A stretch of DNA of 63,147 nucleotides, filler included, from Ministeria vibrans ATCC 50519 (lineage: Eukaryota; Protista; Filasterea), in the NCBI GenBank assembly GCA_943704425.1. It is 6 parts of 6 records of this genome, joined end to end, with 100 filler letters (N's around TTAATTAATTAA, not from the genome) between each part and the next. Parts side by side here need not be neighbours in the genome. Positions count along the whole stretch, not along the records: positions 1 to 20,294 come from CALSCP010001352.1; 5 more parts are not named here. One strand, given 5' to 3'. The notes beneath the pieces were generated by a model. That model searched no databases. It was not told the origin of the DNA and was given only the letters and a program-made list of their open reading frames with translations. How positions within the stretch are numbered: the stretch's first letter is position 1; every line of letters begins with the position of its first letter. The position numbers and the translations under genes are program-made. Of this stretch, positions 1-12,100 are shown piece after piece.

Positions 1-135
1 CCCCCTCCCCACCCACCATCTCGATGCTCAATTGCTCATGTAGCTTTATTATTATGTATTTATGGTTTATATAAAGTGGTTTTGAGTTGTTTGTCCGATA
101 ATTATATTAATTATTTTATTTCCTCATTTCAATAG

Positions 136-3100
136 ATTCGTCATCGTCGCGAGTCTCTTGAAGAGGGTTCAGAGCAAGATTCCCTTGACGAACTTGGCTT
201 CGACGACGCCGACGATGGCGCGAGTCCACCTGCGCAACAGGACTCTCTTTTGACGGAGAAGACAACCAAGAACGCAACCATGTCGATCGTCTACGGCCGT
301 CTCCTCGTCAAGGCGCTCTTCCCGCCTTTCTCCACGACCGCCGACGAGACCCTGCTTGTGTCCTTTGATGCCAGGTTCTCCGATGTGCCTGTACTGGCGC
401 TTGCCTTTGACCTTGGTCGCGACAACATTACGATCATGGTACCGCTTGACGCGTACGCCCAGGACTCGAGCGTCATGCACCATCACGAACTCAATGTGAC
501 CGCGCCTGCCTCAACCGTCAGCGTGACTGTGCGCCTCAGCTCCAGTGGCAATGCCGACGGTTCGTCTTGCAACTCTGTCTCTCTCTCCTCTTTCTCTTTC
601 TCTCTTTCTCACTTTGCCTTCCTTAGAGTTCTCCGTCGCAAACTTGGTTGTATCCATGGCCTCATGCGGTGTCAAGGATGCATGTTCAGACAGCCCGTGT
701 CAAAATGGTGGCACGTGTGTGTTTGCCGACCACAAGCGTGTGTGTGTGTGCAGCGTCGGCTTCGTTGGTGACCTCTGTGACCTTGCTGACAAGTCGCAGA
801 ACAGTCTTTCGCGCAACACCCGCTACTGGTGTGCCTGGGGCGCTGGTTGGTACCATTCAGGCACGTCGGGTGACATGTGGAAAGGCCACACGTACCACTG
901 CGCAAGGTACGAGCCCTTACAAGTACGCCCTTGGCCCTCCATCCTTTCTTAATATTTTTGTATTTTCACAGGTGTCACGCGGGCTTCTACTGTAACGGAC
1001 AAGTTCGCAACTGAGATTTTGGTTTGTGGCTTGGCGTACACTGACGCATTTCTTTACCTCTCTTAGGCGCTTCGTGCTTGCCAGCCCGGAAGATATTCCC
1101 TGAGCACTATGGGTTACTGGTCAGCCAATCTCCTCAATATAAATAATGATAATAATAATTATTATTATTATTATTATAATTATTATTATTATAATAATAA
1201 TAATAATAATTATTATTATTATTACATCTCTCTATTCAATATTCAACCAAACCCTCTCTTTTTTTTCTCTCAATGCAACAGCCTCTATTGCCGTGCTGGC
1301 CAATATAGCATCAGGTCGTATGCTTCCACCTCGTGCAACACATGTAGTGCAGGTAGGTTTTCGAACTGATTGTTTGTGTTCAAATTCTCTTCTGACGTGC
1401 TGTTTAATTTCAGGTTACTACTCCCAGGCTGGTTCAACCAGGTGCCTCAACTGCTGGGCCGGAACTTTCTCGGTACGTCTGTGTCTCTTCTTTTTCTTCC
1501 TTTATTTTTATTTTTTTACTTATTAATTCTTTCCTCTCGAACGCCCTTTTTGTTCCTTCGATAGAGTTCGGGGTATGGCAGCTGTCCTACATGTCCCCCC
1601 GGAAAGTTTTCCGTACGATAACAGAGACTACGCTGTTGCCTGACACCTCTTATTAATGCAAAAATATACAGAGCTCGACAGCATCAAGTTGTCGCGCGTG
1701 CCGCAACGGACAGTACAAAAACACGTATGCGCACGTAAGACAATAATAATAATAATTATTATGATTGTTTTTGGTGTTGCAATTGTCTCTTCCCCTTGAC
1801 TGTCAACTTTTTGCACTGGTTCCGTAGGTATGCTCTAGCTGCGTTTCCGGTCGATACACGGGCGGTTCGTGGTCAGGGTATACTGGTTGTCATTTTTGCC
1901 CTCCGGGCCACTACTGTCCGGCTGGTTCAAACGTATGTCAATCAAGCATAGAAACTGTTGGAGAAACTAATAATAATTAATAATAATTTTTCACTCTTTC
2001 CTTTCGTGTGCTCGTTTTTTTATTTTAGCAACGCGCCTGTCCCGCCGGTCAGTACTCTAGCTACAGCGCTAGCTTGTGTTCCCATTGCCCCGTAGACAAA
2101 TACTCAGGAATAACCGTACGCAAGCAAAAAAAAATTCCCCACAATAGATCGCTCGAGTATAATAATAATAAGTATTGATAATAATTATTCATATCAATAC
2201 ACTCACACACACGCCACGCACACAATTCGTAGTCCCATCACTGTACCAACTGCTCTCCAGGTTCATATACTCTTGGGGCGACTGCACAAAGCGAATGCCG
2301 TAACCCTTGTTGGCCGGACCCTTGTCGAAACGGTGGCTCTTGCCAAAGCGACAACATGGGCTATCGTACGGATTTATATTGCGTAATTATACTATAAAAT
2401 TAATATTCAATTATTTTCTTTTTTGGCGTAGAATGCAAATGCCCTCTGACACACTATGGTTTGTTTTGCGAATCCGCCCGAACTTTGTGTGCCCTCATTG
2501 GAGGCCAAGCTGGATGTCGTGTTGGCACCTACTCTTCTTGTAGCGCTGGTACCCTCCACTCGTGCAACTTGGCAGACGGTCGCGGCGACTGTCGCCAGAA
2601 AGTCATTCTCTACGAAGACTTTGACAATCTGAACACTCGCTTGCGCCCCAAGATGACCAATTGGTTGCCTGGTGTTGGAAACGTCTGGTCGCCCTCTCCG
2701 CCACAGGGATTCACCGTGACCAACGGTGAGGTGCTTCAAGGCTACGAATTCTCCGGCTGGACCTTTGTCTCTACACTGTGGTGGAACCAAATTCGTCCCA
2801 ACTACATCAACACGTATGTTCTTGCCACGTCCATTAGTCGCGACAACATTATGGCCGTCGTCGACGCCAACTCGCTGCGTTACTCAAACAGCTTGGCCTT
2901 CGACCACGGCCGCTCCATACACTCGCAAATTCAGACGTCGGTGGATCTTCCTGCCGGCACCATCATCGTCTCCCTTTCCTTCGTGTCTTTTTTTCGCCCC
3001 TACTCCAACCAGTATGGCTACGTGCAAAGCCTTGGTGCCAACGGCTGGGAAAACCGTCACATTTTGTCTTCGTCCCAGGGCCCGCACAAGGGTTTCCCAC

Positions 3101-6100
3101 TCACCCTCCGCTTCAATGTTCACAACGTTCGCCAACTCTCCATCCGCTGGATCATGTATGGCACCGGCTACTTCTGGGGCATTGACAACATCAAGGTGGT
3201 TGCTCACTTCCCTTGCTCGTGTGACCCCGGCTACGCAGGTAAACCGCATAGTCAAAAAAAAAAACAGAAGAAAAAAAATCATGCACACTGATTTTCCCTC
3301 GCTCTCAGGATGGGACTGCGAGATTAACGTCAACGACTGCGCTCACAACCCATGTCGCAACAGTGGTTCCTGCCACGACGGAATCAACTCATACACTTGC
3401 TCCTGCGCCACCGGCTGGACGGGCACTAATTGTGCCACCAACATCAACGACTGCGTTCCAAACGCTTGCTATAACAGTGGTGTTTGTACCGATGGCATCA
3501 ATAGCTACAGTTGTCATTGTCCCCTTGGTTACTACGGCCCACGCTGCCAGCACCGCGACGAGTGCAAACCAATCAACCCCTGCCACGGCGGCGCTCGTTG
3601 CACTGACCAGAACGATAGCGCTCACTGTGCCTACGCCCATGGCTACTGCTACCTCAATGGTCAGGGTCAAGTCACAAGTTGCGCTTGCGATGCGGGATGG
3701 ACTGGCCCCGCGTGTCACATTAACATCGATGAGTGTGCACCGAGTCCTTGCCTCAACGGCGGTATTTGCACCGACCTCATCAATGCCTTTCGTTGCGCTT
3801 GCAACCCCGGTTGGACCGGTAGTCGTTGTGAGGTCAACATCAACGAGTGTGTCTCCAATCCGTGTCACAACGGTGGTCTGTGTCTCGACGGTCTCAACTC
3901 GTTTGCTTGCCAATGTACCGCCGCCTGGCTCGGCACCACCTGTGTCGTGCGCAACGAATGTGTTCCCAATCCCTGTCAGAACGATCGTCTGTGCGAGCGT
4001 ACCCTTGATGGTCGCGCCCTCTGTATCTACACCAATGGTAACTGTGTTCACTATCCAGGCCAGGCAATCGTGTGCTCTTGCGACGTGGGCTTCACCGGAG
4101 TCGCATGTGCCACCAACATCGACGACTGTGCCTCAAACCCTTGCAAAAATGGCGCCACTTGCGTCGACCTTGTCAACGCTTTCGAATGTCGTTGTACGCC
4201 CGGCTTTGCTGGTGCAAACTGTGGCTGTCCCTTGGGCTTCTCAGGCGAAAAATGTGACGTTGCATGTCAGACTCTTGGTACCACTTCCCTTGCCAATGCC
4301 TTTCAGTCCAGTTCGCCCGCCCAACACGCCATGCGCATTTCGCCCACTCTCGCCGCGACGCTCACGTTTACCCACAGTTCACCGCTTACGACACAGACTG
4401 TCACTCTCGTCCTTTTCGGGCAAACTCCCTGGGAACGTGAACCTCCAGTGATCCTTGTGTACGCGGGCGCTACTATCGCCTGCCGCATCACCTACACGTA
4501 TGGCCGCATGGCCTGCTCGTCACCTCTTCTGCGAGGTCCCGGCGGCGGCGGTGCCGTCTCTCTTCGTCTTGTACTCGATGAGGACCTGGATCCTGCCACT
4601 GTTGACATCTACTCTGCTTCAATGAATGCCTTCAAATTTCTTGCCCCTACGCTCGAGGTCGAGCAGCACATGACGGACGAACTCGCGTGTCCCTGGGACT
4701 CTTGTTTCTGGTCCGCCTGGGACATGACTGCCTGTTCATCCACCGCCTGTGCCGCTTCTCCCGTCAAGACGCGCTACCCCATTTTGCGTCCTGCTCACGT
4801 GAGTGCCCAGGACGCCATCTCGTGTCTTCTCGAAAAACAATCCGAACCGTGTTTCTCGGGCAGCTGCAGTGCCTCGTCTTGTTCATGGAGTGCCTGGAGT
4901 GAATATGGCCTGTGTTCCGCTGCTTGCAGCGGTGGCTACAAGATGCGCGTGCGCAAGCCCGCAACATCCTCGGCACTCTTCTGTCCCGGCGAGACAAGTG
5001 ACGTGCAGACGTGCAACACTCATGTCTGCAAGCCTGCCGACTGTCTCTGGAGCACCTGGTCCCAATGGTCCTCTGTCTGTACCACAAGTTGCGGCAGTGG
5101 CGTGCACACTCGCAACCGTCACATTCTCGAGTATGCACGTCATGAGGGCGCCGAGTGCTCCGGCGCCTCAGCTGAGACACGTCCGTGCAACACAAGTCCC
5201 TGTCCCGTCGATTGCGTTCTGTCGCAATGGAGCGACTGGACCCCTTGTACCAGCCAGTGCGGCACCACGGGAACAACCTCGCGCACACGTAACCCTACCA
5301 CCCTGCACATGTACGGCGGCGCCGCCTGCTTGGGCGCCCTTGATGAGACTCTAGACTGCAACCGCAAACCTTGTCCTGTCGATTGTGCCTGGTCTACTTG
5401 GAGCGAGTGGAGTTCCTGTACCCTCGCCTGCGGCAATGGCAATCAGGAGCGCACGCGCTCTCAGACTACGGCTGTCGCACACGGCGGCGCTTCGTGTGTC
5501 GGCGATCCCAAAGAGACCATTGGCTGTCTCTTAAAGCCGTGTGCTTCGCCCGACGATTGCATGTGGGGCCTCTGGAGTCAGTGGTCGTGCGATGCCGCCT
5601 GTGACAAGTCAGGCACCGCCAAACGCCAACGGTCCGTCTTGTCACCAGCCAAGGCAGGATTCCAGCCCTGCACAGGCGCTGCCGTCGAGGACCGCGTCTG
5701 TTTTGGTGATTCCTGTCCCATCGACTGTGCTCTCGGCTCTTGGTCGTCGTGGACCACCTGCAGTGCCATTTGCGACGGTGGCAATCAGCGTAGTCAACGC
5801 ATCGAAGCGCCTGCCGCGCGCTACGGTGGCACTCAGTGCTCTGCGCAGCTTTCGCGCACACGCACTCAGGCGTGCAACACTATCTCATGTCTAGAAGTGC
5901 GTTGCTCCTGGCACTCTTGGTCGCTTTGGGGTCCGTGCACTCTCTCGTGTGGCGGTGGCACTCAGTCTCGCTCGCGACTCCTCAAGGCCGGCTCGGACAC
6001 GGTCATTTGTGAGGCGGCTGGCGTTGCGATCCGCTCGTGCAACCCTGAGGCATGCGTCAACTCGCAACCTTGCCGCTTTGCACCGCTCGATAGCGAGGCA

Positions 6101-9100
6101 GACATGCGCTGCAAAACGGTTGTTGGTGCTCAATTGTACATGGAACTTGGCAAGGGCTTCGCCGCTCTCTCTGTTGCCGGGCAGGTCGTTGAGTCGCCCG
6201 AAGCGCGCACCGAGCTCGTTGCCTTCCTTAACAACCTCCTGTCGACCACGTACAAGAGCGTGCCGCCCGGTGACATCACCTTCACAGCCGTCACCACGTC
6301 GACGCCGGACAAAGCGGCCATATTTGCGCTGGTGCCTCTCACCGGTCGTGCGCTTCTCACCTTCGCTACCAACATGCTTGGCTTGCCCCTCCTCACAACA
6401 AATCCGTTTCCCTCGGGTGTCTCTGCTTTCCCCTCCTTTGATCGTTTCCTCTCGGTGCTTCGACCTGCCCCGGCCGTTCATGTCTTTGCTTACATCTCAC
6501 CTGCAGGTGGAAACGGTCGCCGTCGTGATTCCTTTATAAGGAATCAAGCGGACCTCTCCTCGCTTGGTCTCCCCGAGAGCGGACCTGCCGGGCAGTTTCT
6601 CTCAGTCATGCAACCCAAGTCACCGGTGCAGGCGTTTACGCTCAACAACATCTTTGACTTGAGTCTGGGGGGTCAGATCGCCAAGCCAAACGCTTGTGAG
6701 GGCCTTTACTGGTACATTTCCCTTTTTGGGCGTATGTCCTTCCAGCGTACCGCTTCCGCCATGGATGCTTGCCCGTGGACTCTGGCCGCAGCCTTTCGCA
6801 AGGCCAACTTTGACAGAACGAGCGAGTCGCTTCTGGGCGTGGAAGGTTTTGTGCCCATCCCCTTTGTCACAATGGGCTTCAAGTCGCTTGGTATCGTGCT
6901 TGACAATGGTCATACCAATCCGTTTTTTTTTGGTGGCAGCACCGTGGGCGCTTTTGGCCGAGGTCGCCGTCAACAAATGTCGCTCATTGATCTCGAAATG
7001 CACTACTACCGCACTCGTGGTATGGAAGACCTTCACGAGGCGGACCCCGAGGTCGTAGCTAATCGTGCTCACAACCATGTGCGCTCGCTGCACGCGGAGA
7101 AGCGCAAGCTCGACGTCGAACACGCACGTGTCTGTCGCGACGCCCGACCGTGCTTCAACGGCGGTACCTGCCTCCTGCACGACAATATTGAGGACCACTA
7201 CGTGTGCCTGTGTCCCGAGGGCTTCTACGGCGACGATTGCCGCGCCACCCATGATCATTGTGCGTCGCAACCGTGCGCCAACAACGGCACCTGCATCATC
7301 CACGAACGTGACTTTTCCTGCGATTGCATGCCAGGCTGGCTGGGTCTCACCTGCGCCAAACTCGGCAATGTGTGTGAGCCGTCGCCTTGTTCTCACGGCG
7401 GCACCTGCTACACCGCCCCGAACCTTGTGCAGGGCTTCTTGTGCGAGTGCCCGCCCCATTGGGTTGGTGCCCGCTGCGATACAATCGAACACACACATCT
7501 GGCCAAGGCGTTTGCCACCAACGACGCCTCCGTAATGAACCATGCGGCTGTCACATCTCTCGTATCGCGTCGTGCTATTGGCGATGGCGGATTCAAAAAC
7601 TACTTTACCTCCCTCTTTAAACCAGGCGTCCTCACTGTCGACGTAACCTTGGCGTTTGCCACGCGCAATGAACTGTTCTTCAACAAGCCAGACGGCATGC
7701 TGCGTGTCTTCTACCAAGGCTACATGGGCATTGATTTTGTCATTAAGTGGGTCAATGTGCTCAACAGCAAGGCTATTGNNNNNNNNNNNNNNNNNNNNNN
7801 NNNNNNNNNNNNNNNNNNNNNNNNNNNNNNNNNNNNNNNNNNNNNNNNNNNNNNNNNNNNNNNNNNNNNNNNNNNNNNNNNNNNNNNNNNNNNNNNNNNN
7901 NNNNNNNNNNNNNNNNNNNNNNNNNNNNNNNNNNNNNNNNNNNNNNNNNNNNNNNNNNNNNNNNNNNNNNNNNNNNNNNNNNNNNNNNNNNNNNNNNNNN
8001 NNNNNNNNNNNNNNNCGCACGCCTTCGACGTTGCCGACGAAGACCTTGCTCGCGCTGACCTGGTGCCCGGCCACATGGTGCGCTTTACTCGCGACATGGT
8101 TAGCAGCGTCGATCCAGCTACCTTCCTCGAGTTCCAGACCAAGGTGTGTGATCGCAGCAACCCCTTCCTTACCTGCTACGACGGCTCCTTGCGCTCGGCC
8201 AATCGCCTTGCCCGCTCGCTTCCCGCCGATTTCGACGAACACGAGGCGCTGCTCTCTGGCGTGCAGCTGCCCGATCACGATCAACTCCTTGATGAGCTCG
8301 CCAACGAAGAATTCCTTATGCACGACGGCGAGAACGACGATGCCAATGAGGCACTCTTTGACGACCCTCCTTCTGACGACGATCAAGACGCGGATCACCT
8401 TGATCGTCGTGGGCGCGCGACCTCCTGTGTGGCCGGCGAAGAAAGCGACGGTGGTGGTGCCTGCATTCCTTGTGGTTCTGGCAAGTACAACGATCGGGTT
8501 GGCGGTGGCCGCTGTAAGACATGCGCGGCCGGTCGTTTCCACGCGGGATTGCGCGGTACTTCTGTCGGCGTGTGTACTTTGTGTCCGGTCGGCGAGTTTT
8601 CCGCCATCGCTGGGGTTTCCTCTTGTCGTCAGTGTTCCGCTGGAAAGTACGCGGCACAGCCAGGTGCTCGCTCCTGTACACCCTGTCCGCGTGGTACTAG
8701 CTCGTCGACACTCGCTGCGACCTCCTCTAATGTATGTGTGCTCTGCATCAAAGGCAAATATGGTAGTACATCTGGTCTCGTCACGTGCACGGATTGCGCT
8801 GCGGGTCGCAGGGGTACAACCGTCGGCGCTAAGAGTACCGGATCATGTATCCTCTGCCCTGCCGGTCGCTACAGCAGCGCGACGGGTGTATCTGTCTGTG
8901 CAGGTGCGTGCCCTGCTGGCACTCGCTCGGCGGCCCAGGGTGCCACGGCTGAAACTGCCTGCCAAGATTGTCTGGCCGGAACATACAGCAATGTGGTCGC
9001 GGCCTCTGCGTGTACCCCGTGTCATACGGGAAAGTATAACAACGGTCTCAAAGCCACGGTGTGCACCAATTGCGATGCCGGCAGCCACGCAAGTAGAACT

Positions 9101-12100
9101 GGCATGAGCGAATGCGCCTCCTGCGAGGCTGGCAAGTATCAAGCCGATACGGGCATGTCTCAGTGCCGTAATTGTATCGCTGGCAAGTTTGTGGGCACCA
9201 CTGGATCAACTGCCGATGATCAATGTGTTTCTTGCGTGGTCGGCGAATATGCGTCGGCTGCCGGCCGTTCTGTATGCAAACGTTGCGTTTCAACAGAAAT
9301 ATCCAAATCCGATTTCCATGGCTGTGAACCATGTCCCAAGGGTACCTCACGAAACTCTGCAAACGCTTGCGGTACATGTCCCGGTGCGCAAGTTGCCTCA
9401 TCGGCGGGTACCACCTGCGAAGAGTGTCCCGTCAACAAAATCCCAAAGGCTACCGGAAAGAGCTGTGTACCCTGTCCCAACGGTCAACACCGTCCCCTTC
9501 GTCAGGACGGCTGCGTTGCGTGTCGCCCTGGTCGCTACTCGGCCACTTCAATCGGGTTTCCCAGCGGTGATTGCAAGCTCTGCGCCGCTGGTACATTTTC
9601 CCCCGGCGCTGGCGCAACAGAATGCCGCTCCTGTTCCACGGGCACGTTTTCCAATGCCGCCGGCCTCACCCAGTGTACCGTCTGTCCTCCTCGCCTCGCC
9701 GCCACCAGTATCGGCGCAACCGCCTGCAAGGCGTGTCCCGGGCAACAAGGTTACACTGTTGATGGGAAAACCTGCCTGATGTGCCAGACGTCAACACATA
9801 ACCTCGTGGATGGTCGATGCACAAGATGTACGGATGCCAACACCATTCCCAATGCAAAAGGTGTTTGCGAAGCGTGCCTGCCTAATACAGTGCCCAATGC
9901 TGCAGGTGACGCGTGCGATAATTGCTTAGCGAGCGCCGGTTTTGCCATTGACCATGCTCGTGGCATCTGCCGGAAGTGCAAGGCGACAGAGAAGGTGAGG
10001 GGCACCGCATGCGTTCCCTGCCCAGCTGGCCTGAAGCGAGTCGCCTCCGGCCATGAATGTGGCGACTTGAACTGCCCCGACAATCAAATCAGTACGGTAA
10101 AACGTGACGGCAGCGCGATCTGCGAAAGTGTCGAAGTGGCCTGTTTAAAAAACCAGTTCGCCCTTCTTGGCGTATGTACTAAGTGTCCTGGCGGGCAGAT
10201 GCGGCACAGGACAAACGTCGAGACGTGTACGGCTGATGTTGCTGACGCCTGTCCGCCTGGCCAGGTGATGCAGCGAAACCGCCAAGGCTGCGTCACAGAC
10301 CCACTAAAGGCCGAGTTTGCCGAGGTCGGGGAGAAACGCCTCTTTGCGTACATGGAATTGCCCTCTATGAGCATTCGCCAACTTTTTGCCGCTTCCCAAT
10401 TGCACATTGAGTTTGTCAAGCGCGACACTCAGTGCTTTTCTAAACACGAGGGAGGCAACCTCGTTGGGTGCACTTGTGACTGGTTCCACGGCGACAAAGC
10501 CTTGGAGGAGCGTACGGAAATCGCTGGATTTTGCAGCCCTGGTTATTTCCTGAAAGGGACTACCTGTACGCGCTGCCTCACGTCCGTCAGCTCAGACTCC
10601 CTCTCCTGTGGCGGTACTTGCACCCCGCCGTCCTTCCGCGGTGTCGGTCAAGTCTGCACCACCTGCGCCGTCAACGAGTATCATGTTGGCAATGGCAAAG
10701 CCTGCCAAACGTGTGCCCTTACACACGCTGTTGATGATGCGCGCTCGGGCTGCGTGTCTTGCATCGCACCCCTTCACCGTGCAGGCGATGGGAGCCGTTG
10801 CATGCGGTGTGCTCCTGGCTCGGCACTCGTCAATGGTGAGTGCACCAAGTGTACGGCACCGAGTGTGGTCGCAATCTCAGGCCTGTCGTGCACCACAACA
10901 TTCTGTCCCCAGGGTTCGACCCGCCACTCGACCGGCGCTGGCTGTGTTATGCCAACCACGAGCGTCGCAAACTGCATGGAAGGCAGCAGTGCGACCCTGT
11001 GCGCTCGCTGCGAGCCTGGACACGTTCGTGTCCAGGCTGCTGGCCAACCCGACAAGTGTGTTCCGTGCACAGGCGTCAGCGCCGTCAACAGTGCTGGAAC
11101 AGCCTGCGAGGCGTGTGTTGCGCCCTGGAAACCTGCCTTGGACGGAAGCCGCTGCATTCGTGTTTCGTGCCTCGCAGGGCATGCACTCAAGGACGGTGAG
11201 TGCACCCCTTGCGTCGGCTTTGAAGCCGTCGATTCCACCGGAGAGCTTTGCACTGTGTGTGCCGCGGGAACGTTCCCCTCGGACGACCACAGCGGGTGCA
11301 TGCGCTGTCCTACTGGGGCCTTCTATAATGTCATTGCAAACGAGTGCTCGCCCTGCAACAGCGCCGGTATGGCTGTGAACGATGCCGGTACGGCGTGCGT
11401 TGCATGCGTCGCTCCCTACGAAGCCGCCGGTGACCACCGCGCCTGCATTTCCAAGTCTCTTAGTTGCCCCCTCAACTTGTGTGATCGCTGTTCGCTGGAC
11501 AACTCCACCTGTGAACTCTGCACCCTCGGCTCCATCTTGAATGCTGCCCGCGTCTCGTGCACCGCTTGTCTTGGTGCGGACAAGGCCCTGAACTTTGATC
11601 GTACCAAGTGTGTCACTTGTCCAAAGGATACTGTCCCGTCTCGCAATGGCGACAGCTGTGTCCCCAAGCAACCTTGTCTTGCTGGCCAATTCAAAAATTT
11701 CGACACCGGCAAGTGCGTCTCCTGTGGCGCTCGCGCCCTCAACTCTTATCGCGACGGATGCTTTGACTTTGACTGCTTCGCTCCGGGCCGTCACGCGTCC
11801 GGTGTCGGATGCATCTGTTCCGGTGCGTTGCCCGATGCCAGCCCCTGGGGCTTCTACTGTGACACCTCGAAACTTGCCATGCTCGATTGCCCTCGCACCG
11901 TGCCCGACTTGCTTGACAACTCGAACTATCCCACAAAGTGCGCCGAGGACTATGCGTCTCTCTGCCCTGCCAATCACGTCCTTGTGTCTCGCGGCTGTCG
12001 CATCTGTCCTTCCGGTGAGGTGCCCAACGCCAAGAAGACTCTTTGCGTTGTAACCCCGCCGGCGGGCCGGCGAAGTGTGCAGGAAAACGAGAATGTCAAC

